Positions 12,078 through 21,210 of a stretch of DNA of 64,000 bases are shown in pieces; the first letter of the stretch is position 1; each line of letters starts with the position of its first letter. The DNA is taken from the NCBI GenBank assembly GCA_033764955.1, contig JANRIL010000042.1, positions 64,001-128,000 of the forward strand, in the 5' to 3' direction. The stretch is from Cyanobacteriota bacterium (GTDB lineage Bacteria; Cyanobacteriota; Cyanobacteriia; Thermostichales; Thermostichaceae). The notes under the pieces are model-generated. The model had not been told where the DNA came from. It saw nothing but the letters and a program-made list of their open reading frames with translations, and made no database searches. The position numbers and the translations under genes were made by a program.

Positions 12078-12713
12078 CTATTCCGCTTGCACTTCCGACG
12101 GCAGCTCTGAGCTTGGGGTTTCTGTTTCCGCTTCTTCTGGCAAGTCCATAGCCGGTCGGCTCAGCAAAGCTGCCCACAAGCGCTGGGCACCATATTTACT
12201 GCTGTAAAAGAGCAGATCCAATAAAATTCGCAGAGCCAGTTCAGTAATTTGATCAGCGGAGCGCTCCTCGCCATCCACCATACGGCTGCGGTAGTGGGAA
12301 TGAAACTCGTCAAGATAGTCGCCGATCAGCGCCTCCCGAAAGGGGGAGCGTTCCTGGGCGACGGCGGTTTCCAGATGCTCAATCGTGGAGCGCAACTTGC
12401 TGTGCCAGTCGAGGGCAAGGTGGCAGATGATCAACACCAGGGCACGCGCCTCTTCGATATCGACTTTCTTGCGTCCACCGGAACTGCGCCGTAGAGGGTT
12501 AGCGTTGCGGAGTCGCCAGAGGTTCACCCGGTCACTCACCCACTGCTCTAATTTGAGGGCTTGAGCGGCATTTAAGACTGCCTCTGAGCTTTCCCCACTT
12601 AGGCACTCTAACCCCAGTAACAAGAGATCGAGTTGGGCTTTGATGGTGCCCGAAGCTGTTGGGATCCCTTCGGGTAACCCTAACGCCTGCATAATTGACT
12701 GGTTTGCGTCCAC
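12078..12713 (-). CDS. DUF3038-family protein
   Basis: LDLLLLGLECL, DRVNLWRLRNANPLRR, EEARALVLII, LLFYSSKYGAQRLW; start uncertain (ORF open to 13007). Confidence 0.75.
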   Translation of the reverse strand: MDANQSIMQALGLPEGIPTASGTIKAQLDLLLLGLECLSGESSEAVLNAAQALKLEQWVSDRVNLWRLRNANPLRRSSGGRKKVDIEEARALVLIICHLALDWHSKLRSTIEHLETAVAQERSPFREALIGDYLDEFHSHYRSRMVDGEERSADQITELALRILLDLLFYSSKYGAQRLWAALLSRPAMDLPEEAETETPSSELPSEVQAE

Positions 12714-13127
12714 AATGATCCTATCAACACTAACTCCCAAACCCTTATCGTCTCCTGTCTGGGAAAAACCCGCAACCCTAGCCTCCTTTCGGAAGGGGGT
12801 GAGTTGAGGGGGAAAAGACGGCCAATCGCCAGCCCAAGCCTCTGGGAAAGGAGTTGCGGCAGTCAGAGCTATCGGCATCGCCACCATCCATCGTGAAGTC
12901 CAACATCTTGACTGTAATAGGCTGACTTCATCCCAGGCGGCTAGTTGCAGAAAGTGCAACCAAATGATTCGCAAGATCTGAGCTATAGGGGGATCCCAAC
13001 TATCCATCGGCAGGGATCAAAACGGCAAAACCCTGTGGTCTAAAACCTGCCCCAGTCTATCCAACCCATGCTCTAGCTTGACGGTTTCATTCCCACTGGG
13101 CTTATCAATACCGAAGGAGGGAATCAG

Positions 13128-13215
13128 GCAGAACGTTCGCGTTCACTGGACGCAGATAACATCTTGCACCTATAGATATCCTCTCGACGGTCGGCGTGCA
13201 TGAGCGTTGTTAGCT
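13128..13215 (-). other. attC-like integron recombination site (~88 bp)
   Basis: Minus strand AGCTAAC-AACGCTCATGCACGCCGAC...GTCCAGTGAACGCGAAC-GTTCTGC: inverse core (AAC) and core (GTT) ends with imperfect inverted arms and a TGCA/TGA one-base asymmetry. Confidence 0.7.
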
Positions 13216-13368
13216 GGATGTTTTGTAGCAGAACTCTGAAAGCCGGCACATAGACATTTCCTCTAACCATTGGAATACGACCACCTAAATCTTGATATCC
13301 AAACTTTGAGAGGTTTTGGGGTTCTCAAACTAAATTGGAACGCCTATAAGCACAAAGATTTATCTATC

Positions 13369-13854
13369 TTAATTAAAAAGAAACGGCTTAACAGAAGAAA
13401 TCATACGTTTCAACTCAGTTTTGTTGTGCCTGAGAAGATCATGCTCCCATAATCCATCAGTATTATCAGAACAATTAGCTGAAAGAGCCTCTCCAATTGA
13501 TTCCAAACTCTTTCCAAGGCTGCTTCTTAACTCCTCTGGATTAGATAAGACTCCAAGGACAAACACCCTGTCCTTTACATCATCTGGAATCTGTTGCTTT
13601 ACGTAACCAAGGCGATCTTCTTCTCTATCAAAATCAATAAGTAATACAAACCGCCTATTCGGATACTTACGCATTGTAGGTATAAAGCTTGTTGTGAACT
13701 TATCTACTACTACCTTCCATCCACCGACATAGGACAAAACTTGAATTGATCGTGCATTCAGTTGAGGATGAAGCAAAAACCCATTTGCTATGTCTGAGTT
13801 CGCCTCATCTTCGGGCAACACAAGAATATGTGGCAAGTACTTGTTAACGCTCAT
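13369..13854 (-). CDS. Small TOPRIM-fold-like protein (RloB/DUF4276/DUF4435-like), putative defence nuclease
   Basis: 161 aa; HILVLPED (conserved Glu after strand 1), GG, LLIDFD (DxD), LSNPEEL; ATGA overlap with the ATPase. Confidence 0.6.
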   Translation of the reverse strand: MSVNKYLPHILVLPEDEANSDIANGFLLHPQLNARSIQVLSYVGGWKVVVDKFTTSFIPTMRKYPNRRFVLLIDFDREEDRLGYVKQQIPDDVKDRVFVLGVLSNPEELRSSLGKSLESIGEALSANCSDNTDGLWEHDLLRHNKTELKRMISSVKPFLFN

Positions 13855-14954
13855 AACTCTGTATCACCAAGGATTAAGCTATCTATAAGATCGCCACTAA
13901 TAGATACTTCACTCAGTGATCGGATCAAAGTTGGTTCTAGATGGCTTTTCCTGTCAAGCAAAAAAGTGTTTTCACTCGAAAATTTTCGGATAGCCTCCTG
14001 ATTGTGCGAAGTTGCCAAAAGTTGCCCACTATTTTTGAAAGAACGTCGTAGTGAAACAATGAAATGTCCAACCTCTGATAAAGAGAGATAGTTGTCAGGC
14101 TCGTCCCAAAAGCAAAAAAGCGGACCGTAGTGTTTGTTGGCAGCCAGGACAACTGCACAAAGGAAAAAGCATTTCTCTCCATCAGATAAGTCTTTAAATT
14201 CAATAGTAAAGTTTCTATCATTCTTTTCAAAGCTGACGATCGTACTCTTGAAGTTTCTGCTGACCGATTGATTTTGAATATCGCTAATATCAGGCATTAC
14301 TACTTGAAGATATTTCTTTATCTCTGTATAAGCAGCGGGATAACGGCTCAGCAAGCCTGAGAACCACTCTCCAAAATTTGAACCATCTCGCTTTGGCTCC
14401 AAAGTTTCACCCTGGGAGTCTCCAGTTATCAAGCTCGGAATTGGAGCTAGAATAATCATTCGTGCAAGCCAAGTTCTGAAAATACAGAGCGGATCAGTTT
14501 CCGATTGTTCCTGAATCACCGGAAGAGCAATAAGATGCCAATCCATTAAGAACTGAGCCTCTGGATTGCGTGAAGTGAGAGTGACTTGGGCTTCTTTTCT
14601 AGAGTAAACTGACTTTCCTGAAACTAGTAATTGTTCTTCAAACACCCGAAGTTCTCTGAAATCTTCTGGCAACTCCAGTGCAAGCATATACTTATACAAC
14701 TTATTTTTAATTAGCACCTCTATTTCAAATCGAATTGGGACATTAGATCTGTTAGGGGAAAAGTCTTTGGGTTGAACCAGTTGCCTAACTCTATTGACAC
14801 CTCGACCAATGCTCTGAAATAGCTCTAGTGAACTAGCAATAGTTGATTTACCTGCACCGTTTCTTCCGATTAAAAGAGCAGATGACATTTCCCTAAGAGA
14901 AAATTCAAAATTTTCCAGACATCTGAAGTTGTGTACATACAGCCTTTGGAGCAT
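13851..14954 (-). CDS. Soluble ABC-type ATPase (AAA_21/AAA_15-like)
   Basis: MLQRLYVHNFRCL start, Walker A GRNGAGKS, signature LSDGE, Walker B/D-loop FWDEPDNYL, H-switch ATSH; no transmembrane partner. Confidence 0.88.
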   Translation of the reverse strand: MLQRLYVHNFRCLENFEFSLREMSSALLIGRNGAGKSTIASSLELFQSIGRGVNRVRQLVQPKDFSPNRSNVPIRFEIEVLIKNKLYKYMLALELPEDFRELRVFEEQLLVSGKSVYSRKEAQVTLTSRNPEAQFLMDWHLIALPVIQEQSETDPLCIFRTWLARMIILAPIPSLITGDSQGETLEPKRDGSNFGEWFSGLLSRYPAAYTEIKKYLQVVMPDISDIQNQSVSRNFKSTIVSFEKNDRNFTIEFKDLSDGEKCFFLCAVVLAANKHYGPLFCFWDEPDNYLSLSEVGHFIVSLRRSFKNSGQLLATSHNQEAIRKFSSENTFLLDRKSHLEPTLIRSLSEVSISGDLIDSLILGDTEL

Positions 14955-15130
14955 AGAAAAGTAACTCTGAGTTCTTGGAAAATAAAGGTTTTTGAGACAA
15001 CCTAATTTAATCAATTTACACTATTGACAACTCTTAGCGAAGCTGTATACGGAACCCAGAGACTCTGAGGCTTCCAGCTAACAACAGGCTAAGCGGCAAG
15101 GCTGTCCTACGCCAGCAAGGGTAGAGCCAG

Positions 15131-16306
15131 CTAGCAACTGGCCAATACCCGTAAAATTTCACTGGCGGCTCGATCCAAAACCCCCGGCTCCCCTAACGCT
15201 AAGCGCATCTGCTGATAGTCCTGCTGCATCTGTTGACGGCGTTGGGGGTTAGTCAGGAGCGCCAGGGCTTCCTCCGCAATCCGCGAGGGTTGCGCCTCCT
15301 CTTGAAACAGTTCCGGCACAATCAGACGCATCTGTACCAAATTAGGGGGAGACATAAACGGGATGGAAAAATTGAGGATCGTTTTGCCAATCCAATAAGT
15401 GAGGCGGCTGACCCGATAGACCACCACCTGCGGGATCCCTAAAATCGCTGACTCCAGGTTGACGGTTCCCGATTTCGCCACAATCAAATCTGCTGCCGCC
15501 AAGATCGTCTGGTGTTCGCGGGATCCCTGTGGTTTGAGCAGGGTAATCTCAATCTCCTGCTGTTTAGCCAACTTTAAGAGAGGGGGAGCAAACCGCTCTG
15601 CCGCCAAGGGCAACCAAAACTTCACCTGAGGAAGCTGCTGTTGGAGGAGACGAGCCGCCGCGAAAATGACGGGAGCCACATGCCGCAGTTCTTGATTGCG
15701 AGAGGCCGGGAATAGCATGACCGCCATCTGATCCGCCGGGATCCCCAAATGCTGGCGAGCCTGAAGGCGATCGGGGGCGGCAGACAGAATATCGAGGAGG
15801 GGATGCCCAACCCAGCGCACATTTCCTCCGGCAGCTTCATAAAACTCGGCCTCTTGGGGAAAGATGGCCAGCATCAAGCGCATCCGTTCCGCCAATTGAA
15901 AGCTAATGCGCGAGCTAGTCGTCCAAATCCATTCTTGGGGAGCAATGTAATAGATGGCGGGGATCCCTTGGCGCTGGAGAACCGATGAAAGGCGACTGTT
16001 CACCCCGATGTAGTCTACCAAGACACACAAATCCGGTCTGTCTCTAGCTAAAAAGCGACGAATCCGCCACTCCACCCAAAGGGCGGGGCCAATAAAGGGT
16101 AGCGCCTCAACAATGCCAATCGAGCTGATCGCCGTCGTTTTTTGCAGGAGGGTGGCTCCCGCCGCCGCCATCCGCTCCCCCCCCACGGCAGTAATGCGGA
16201 GATGGGGATCCCGGCGGAGCAGGGCTTGAATTAAATAGCTCGCTTGGAGATCCCCTGAGATTTCTCCGGTGCAAACCAACAGATGGGGGGAGTTTGCCAT
16301 AACCAT
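15131..16306 (-). CDS. lpxB: Lipid-A-disaccharide synthase
   Basis: TGEISGDL, YYIAPQEWIW, VGHPLLD, FPASRNQE, KSGTVNLE; last gene of the lpx cluster. Confidence 0.95.
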   Translation of the reverse strand: MVMANSPHLLVCTGEISGDLQASYLIQALLRRDPHLRITAVGGERMAAAGATLLQKTTAISSIGIVEALPFIGPALWVEWRIRRFLARDRPDLCVLVDYIGVNSRLSSVLQRQGIPAIYYIAPQEWIWTTSSRISFQLAERMRLMLAIFPQEAEFYEAAGGNVRWVGHPLLDILSAAPDRLQARQHLGIPADQMAVMLFPASRNQELRHVAPVIFAAARLLQQQLPQVKFWLPLAAERFAPPLLKLAKQQEIEITLLKPQGSREHQTILAAADLIVAKSGTVNLESAILGIPQVVVYRVSRLTYWIGKTILNFSIPFMSPPNLVQMRLIVPELFQEEAQPSRIAEEALALLTNPQRRQQMQQDYQQMRLALGEPGVLDRAASEILRVLASC

Positions 16307-16350
16307 ACATCACACTCTGTCAAGAGTTGCCTGCGGATCCCGGTCTGGAC

Positions 16351-17205
16351 TCAATCGGCATCCGTTTCATCGGCAGATCGGGATCCCCGTTGGGGGGGCA
16401 AGGGACCACGCCGTTGCGGTTGGGTTAGGGAGGCTTCTAAAAAGTGCAGTAAATGCAAGATCTCTTGTGAATCCGCACTGTCTCGCAGGGTTTGCAGAGC
16501 TTTGTCGAGAAGGAGGTCTGAGCGATAGAGCACCCGATAAGCCGCTTTGAGCTTGGTCAGAGAAATCCCCGCCGACTGCGCCCGCTTTAGCCCCACCAGA
16601 TTTAGCCCACGGATCCGCCCTGGATGGCCTTCCACGCGCATGTAGGGGGGGACATCTCGATCGATCCGACTCATCGCCCCCACCATCGCCAGCTTGCCAA
16701 TATGGGTAAATTGATGGATGCCAACCATACCGCCAATGCGAGCCTGGGACTCTATATGGATATGTCCGGCCAAAGAAACGGCATTGGTGATGATCACCTG
16801 GTCTTCGATCACACAGTTATGGGCAACATGCACATAAGCCATCAACAAATTCTCATTGCCGATCACCGTCGCTTCCTCAGCATGGGTGGCTCGATGAATG
16901 GTTACATACTCACGGATGCGATTGTCATTGCCAATGATCAGGCGAGTAGCAGCTCCTCCATACTTGAGATCTTGGGGTTCCATGCCCAAAACCGCCCCTG
17001 GAAAGATCTGGTTGCGTTCCCCTATCGTGGTCCAGCCGTCAATTACCACCTGCGGGCCAATCACCGTATCGGCTCCGATCTGCACATGTTCACCAATCAC
17101 ACTGTGGGGACCCACTCTCACGCTTTCATGCAGTTGGGCGCGGGGATGAATCACTGAGGTAGGGTGGATCCGCCCTTGAGAATCCGAGGAAGAGAGAGAA
17201 CTCAT
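16351..17205 (-). CDS. lpxA: UDP-N-acetylglucosamine acyltransferase
   Basis: Hexapeptide repeats, PQDLKY, IREYVTIHRAT, HVAHNC, HQF. Confidence 0.96.
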   Translation of the reverse strand: MSSLSSSDSQGRIHPTSVIHPRAQLHESVRVGPHSVIGEHVQIGADTVIGPQVVIDGWTTIGERNQIFPGAVLGMEPQDLKYGGAATRLIIGNDNRIREYVTIHRATHAEEATVIGNENLLMAYVHVAHNCVIEDQVIITNAVSLAGHIHIESQARIGGMVGIHQFTHIGKLAMVGAMSRIDRDVPPYMRVEGHPGRIRGLNLVGLKRAQSAGISLTKLKAAYRVLYRSDLLLDKALQTLRDSADSQEILHLLHFLEASLTQPQRRGPLPPQRGSRSADETDAD

Positions 17206-17281
17206 TGTTAACCCAGCAAGCAAACGTGGTTGAGCTCCAAACCTCTGCTTAATAACTGTAATGCCAACACTGCCAATTTGC

Positions 17282-17767
17282 CTAATCCACCAACGAAAAC
17301 ATCAGTTCGCCTTCCGTGACCAACTGCCCAGCCACCTGGGCACGGCAAAACATCTTGCCCACCCGCTTTTGTCGAATCGCCAATAATTGTGCTGACAAAA
17401 TCAGTTGATCCCCCGGCACAACCGGACGGCGAAAGCGAATGCCATCAATTCCAGCAAATAAAGCCAGACGCCCCGCCGCATCGGGAATTTTGGTCAGGAC
17501 AATCCCTCCTACCTGTGCCATCGCCTCTACAATCAAAACCCCCGGCATAATCGGGCGTCCTGGAAAATGTCCTTGAAAGAAAGGTTCATTAAAAGTCACA
17601 TTTTTGAGACCCACGGCACTTTCGCCCGGTAGATAGCGAATGATCCGATCCACCAACAAAAAAGGATAACGGTGGGGCAGGATATCCAGAATTTGTTCAG
17701 CGGTGAAAATAGCAGGATCAGAGGGATCGTAGCGATCCTCAACTTCGGCTGGAGATTCAACAGACAT
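17282..17767 (-). CDS. fabZ: 3-hydroxyacyl-ACP dehydratase
   Basis: [35 protein letters not shown]. Confidence 0.97.
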   Translation of the reverse strand: MSVESPAEVEDRYDPSDPAIFTAEQILDILPHRYPFLLVDRIIRYLPGESAVGLKNVTFNEPFFQGHFPGRPIMPGVLIVEAMAQVGGIVLTKIPDAAGRLALFAGIDGIRFRRPVVPGDQLILSAQLLAIRQKRVGKMFCRAQVAGQLVTEGELMFSLVD

Positions 17768-17795
17768 AGACAAAACATCGTCAGAAGAACAGGGC

Positions 17796-18698
17796 TTAAC
17801 AAAAGCAGGGCTGCGGATCGGAGGAGGGCAACACACCACTCGCCAACAGTTGATGGGCTAATTGGTGATGTAAGGTATGTCCAGCTCGATAGGCCAGGAT
17901 ATGCCCTTGTAGGCGGACTCCCAGCAAGCTCAGATCTCCTAGTAAATCTATCAGTTTATGGCGCACCGGTTCGTTATCAAATCGCAAGGGGGTAAGCCAT
18001 CCCTCTGCATGGCAAACAATGGCGTTGTCGAGGCTGCCGCCTTTGATCAAACCCGCTTGTTGTGCTTTTTCGATGTCCTGTTGGCGGGTAAAGGTGCGAG
18101 CTGGGGCAAGATCTTCCACAAAACTCTCGGCACTAAAATTCCAGCTCAACCACTGGCAGCCAATCGGGGAGTCGGCAAAATCAATTCCATAGGTGAAGCG
18201 TAGTCCAGGGGAGGGCAGGGCGCTGATAAAGGCTTCCCCCTGACAAACAGTGATGGGACTTGGGATCCCGACCACCACCCCTAAGGCGGCTTGGCGACGC
18301 ACCCCTGCCTGCAAAATGGCTTCTACCCACGGCAGAGCCGATCCATCCAAAATCGGGATCTCTGGACCATCTACCTCAATTCGACAGTTATCAATCCCTA
18401 AAACGGCCAGAGCCGCCAGCAAATGTTCGGTGGTTTGAATATGGGCGGATCCCTGCTGCAAGCGGGTGGAGAGGTTGGCGGGGCTAACCTGGCGGAGATG
18501 AGCCGGAATAACCGGGGATCCTGGGAGATCGCGGCGGATAAACAGCCGCCCTTCCCCAACCTCGGCTGGTGAGAGACGACACTCGATCCATGCGCCACTA
18601 TGTAAACCGATGCCCCGGCGGATGATAGTAGTGGCAAGGGTACCTTGGGCGGGAGAAAAACGGGCAGTCATAGAGCCAGTCATCAGGTGAAGCCGCAT
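17796..18698 (-). CDS. lpxC: UDP-3-O-acyl-N-acetylglucosamine deacetylase
   Basis: [38 protein letters not shown]. Confidence 0.96.
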   Translation of the reverse strand: MRLHLMTGSMTARFSPAQGTLATTIIRRGIGLHSGAWIECRLSPAEVGEGRLFIRRDLPGSPVIPAHLRQVSPANLSTRLQQGSAHIQTTEHLLAALAVLGIDNCRIEVDGPEIPILDGSALPWVEAILQAGVRRQAALGVVVGIPSPITVCQGEAFISALPSPGLRFTYGIDFADSPIGCQWLSWNFSAESFVEDLAPARTFTRQQDIEKAQQAGLIKGGSLDNAIVCHAEGWLTPLRFDNEPVRHKLIDLLGDLSLLGVRLQGHILAYRAGHTLHHQLAHQLLASGVLPSSDPQPCFC

Positions 18699-18965
18699 CA
18701 GAGTAGCACACTTAACCGAGTGAGTCCCAGCCAGAGGGATCCCTGGACAAGTCAGCAGAATGGTTTCCTAACATTTCACAAACCTGAGTTTTTCTCAATT
18801 TTGCCTCAGGAAGTAAATCGACCCTGGTAGCATAAGGGGGGGTAGCGCCCTGTTTTGTTCACCCCTTTGTTTGAGACGCTTAGTCTCTTAAATCCTGATC
18901 AGCCGCTTAGTTTTCAATCAAAATTTTGACGTTGGTGTGTACCGTTTTGGAATGGAGGCAGCATC

Positions 18966-19598
18966 ATGTTTAATGAAAACCCTAGAGATCCAGCAACGCT
19001 AATTAGTCAAGGATACACGTTTCAGCCCACGCAATATATTGGTCAAGGCTGGGAGATCTTGAAGCCGATTTTGGGTCTGATGATTGGGTTTACGGTAGTC
19101 AGCATCATCATTAACATTGGCTTGGGTTTTATCCCCAGAGCTGGCAGTCTACTCAGCGTCGTGATCGCTGGTCCCTTGAACGCTGGTTTTTTCATCGTTG
19201 CCTTCCGGCATATCCGTCGCCAGTCTACTGACTTTGCCCGTTTCTTTGATGGCTTTCAGAATTTTCTACCCCTATTTTTAGCCAACCTACTGGTTACCAT
19301 TTTTACGGCGATTGGCACGCTTCTGCTAATTCTGCCCGGAATTTATCTGGGGGTTTCTTATCTATTTGCGTTGCCGTTGGTTGTGGATCGCAACCTAGAT
19401 TTTTGGGAAGCTATGGAAACTAGCCGTCAGGTGGTGGGGAAAAACTGGTTTGGGGTGTTCATTTTTGGTCTGTTGCTGGTTTTAATCAATGTTGCAGGAG
19501 CCCTCCTCTTGGGAGTGGGGCTTTTGTTTACGATTCCTTTAACGACCTGTGCGGTGGTAGCGGCTTATCGGGATATTTTTGGCCTGCGTACAGCGTAG
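18966..19598 (+). CDS. Conserved integral membrane protein
   Basis: 210 aa, several TM helices, LLILPGIY and FWEAMETS motifs, GGAGG RBS. Confidence 0.8.
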   Translation: MFNENPRDPATLISQGYTFQPTQYIGQGWEILKPILGLMIGFTVVSIIINIGLGFIPRAGSLLSVVIAGPLNAGFFIVAFRHIRRQSTDFARFFDGFQNFLPLFLANLLVTIFTAIGTLLLILPGIYLGVSYLFALPLVVDRNLDFWEAMETSRQVVGKNWFGVFIFGLLLVLINVAGALLLGVGLLFTIPLTTCAVVAAYRDIFGLRTA

Positions 19599-19674
19599 TG
19601 AAAATACGGCGCAGTTCATGAAACATAGGCAGCTACTGGCTTGAGTGAGGCAATTCAGACTATTGTTGGGGTTT

Positions 19675-19959
19675 TCATTTTAGGGGGTGAACCTCTGTGA
19701 GCAATTTTTCTACACGTGCTTCATCTACGCGGGTGGTTAGTCGTTGGGATTCCTGTTGATCTCGCAGGGTTTTCGCTAACGTAAATGAAGAGGTGACGGC
19801 GTAGAGTAAGCCAATTCCGACAAATGCTTTTTGCCAAGCATCGGTTTCCAGATAAAGGATCCCGACCGTAGCTGCCGTTGTAGAAATTATAAAGGAGGCC
19901 CACACTTGTAAAACCCAGCTTGTTGTGTCTTTTGCCCGACCAATTGTAATGTGTTGCAT
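19675..19959 (-). CDS. YiaA/YiaB two-helix membrane protein
   Basis: Two TM helices then SFTLAKTLRD; AAGGAGG RBS before ATG at 19959. Confidence 0.8.
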   Translation of the reverse strand: MQHITIGRAKDTTSWVLQVWASFIISTTAATVGILYLETDAWQKAFVGIGLLYAVTSSFTLAKTLRDQQESQRLTTRVDEARVEKLLTEVHPLK

Positions 19960-20117
19960 AGGAACCTCCTTGCTCTCTTCCAATTCATGGGTCTCGTTCA
20001 CCCGATGCTTTTGATGATAGTGAGCCAATGGGGAGATAGATTGAGAAGAATGGACAGATTTATAACTGTCCACCCTATGGTTGATTGGCTGCCAATGTTC
20101 CCGATTCCTTACCCCAG

Positions 20118-20753
20118 ATGCTCATAACCTACCCCGATCCAGACAACCCCCACCCCTTAGCAGAGTTCCCTCAAGTTTGTTTTATCAAAAATACAGTTTC
20201 TAATCCCAATATTATTGTTGGAGACTATACCTACTATGATGATCCTGAAGATTCTGAAAATTTTGAGAGAAATGTGCTGTATCACTTTCCATTTATTGGC
20301 GACAAGCTAATCATTGGCAGGTTTTGTGCTCTTTCAAGAGAAATTAAATTCATCATGAATGGGGCTAACCACAAAATGTCAGGGTTCTCAACCTACCCAT
20401 TTGAAATTTTTGGGCAGGGATGGCAACAAATCCAGCCTCAACCTCATGAATATCCCTTTAAGGGGGATACGGTAGTTGGTCATGATGTTTGGATTGGCTA
20501 TCGATCGGTTATTATGCCGGGGGTTCAAATCGGAAGTGGAGCGATTATTGCCGCTAATGCAACGGTTACTAAAGATATCCCCCCCTATACGATTGTTGGA
20601 GGTTGCCCAGCCACAGCGATTCGGCAACGCTACCCAGACTCCGTAGTTGATGCCCTGCTAGCGATTGCTTGGTGGGATTGGGAGATCGAGAAAATTACTC
20701 GCAACTTGCATCATATTGTGGGCGGTGACCTGGCGGCGTTACAAGCCTGTTAA
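20118..20753 (+). CDS. Vat/CatB-family xenobiotic O-acetyltransferase
   Basis: VGDYTYYDD, NVLYHFPFIGDKLIIGRFC, MNGANH, STYPF, KGDTVVGHDVWIG, AWWDW. Confidence 0.88.
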   Translation: MLITYPDPDNPHPLAEFPQVCFIKNTVSNPNIIVGDYTYYDDPEDSENFERNVLYHFPFIGDKLIIGRFCALSREIKFIMNGANHKMSGFSTYPFEIFGQGWQQIQPQPHEYPFKGDTVVGHDVWIGYRSVIMPGVQIGSGAIIAANATVTKDIPPYTIVGGCPATAIRQRYPDSVVDALLAIAWWDWEIEKITRNLHHIVGGDLAALQAC

Positions 20754-20927
20754 TCTTGCAAAAGCATCACTCTTATGGGTTAAAGAAGAGATGTTTGAGA
20801 GCCTTTTGACCAGGGATCCGCTTTGCTCGCAATGAAACACAGAATCATTGGGGAGCAATCTTTGCGCTAGGCCAAATAAGAAAATAATGGATCCCGAAGC
20901 AAGGTAGGATCAGTAGCGCTTGAGTCT

Positions 20928-21194
20928 ATGCGGTTTCCCTATCAGTTTGATTATCTGGAGGAATCACTTGTGGAACTAGGTCTTAGTCAACGGGAACTCT
21001 CTGACCTTACCCAAAAGTCAGTGCAGTTCATTTTAAGTGGGCGTGAAGGCGAAAGTGAAGCCTTAACCCAGTACAAAGCATCTGCTGAGTTCCGTGCCGG
21101 AGTTCAACTGGCTTGTGCGGCGATGGTCTTGGTTTTAGCCGAAAATAACAGCCGGATTACCGAACAACTACAGGCATCTGGGATCCTCAAGTAG
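20928..21194 (+). CDS. Hypothetical protein (88 aa), probably co-transcribed with the downstream lyase
   Basis: Plausible helical ORF ending 16 nt before the next start. Confidence 0.6.
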   Translation: MRFPYQFDYLEESLVELGLSQRELSDLTQKSVQFILSGREGESEALTQYKASAEFRAGVQLACAAMVLVLAENNSRITEQLQASGILK

Positions 21195-21210
21195 TCAAGA
21201 TGAGCTTGCT

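Larger units (their letters stand above)
13134..15081 (-). mobile_element. Putative integron gene cassette (no integrase in window) carrying an ABC-ATPase + TOPRIM-like pair
   Basis: Starts G|TTAGCTGGA (15082-15073, minus); its attC starts TCCAGCTAAC (13218-13209), a perfect 10-bp complement; AT-richer than flanks and no GGGATCCC seen. Confidence 0.7.

Noticed and set aside
15024..15051. TTGACA-N16-TATACG promoter-like sequence on the + strand
   Set aside because: Faces away from the cassette genes, imperfect -10, and such matches are common in AT-rich DNA.
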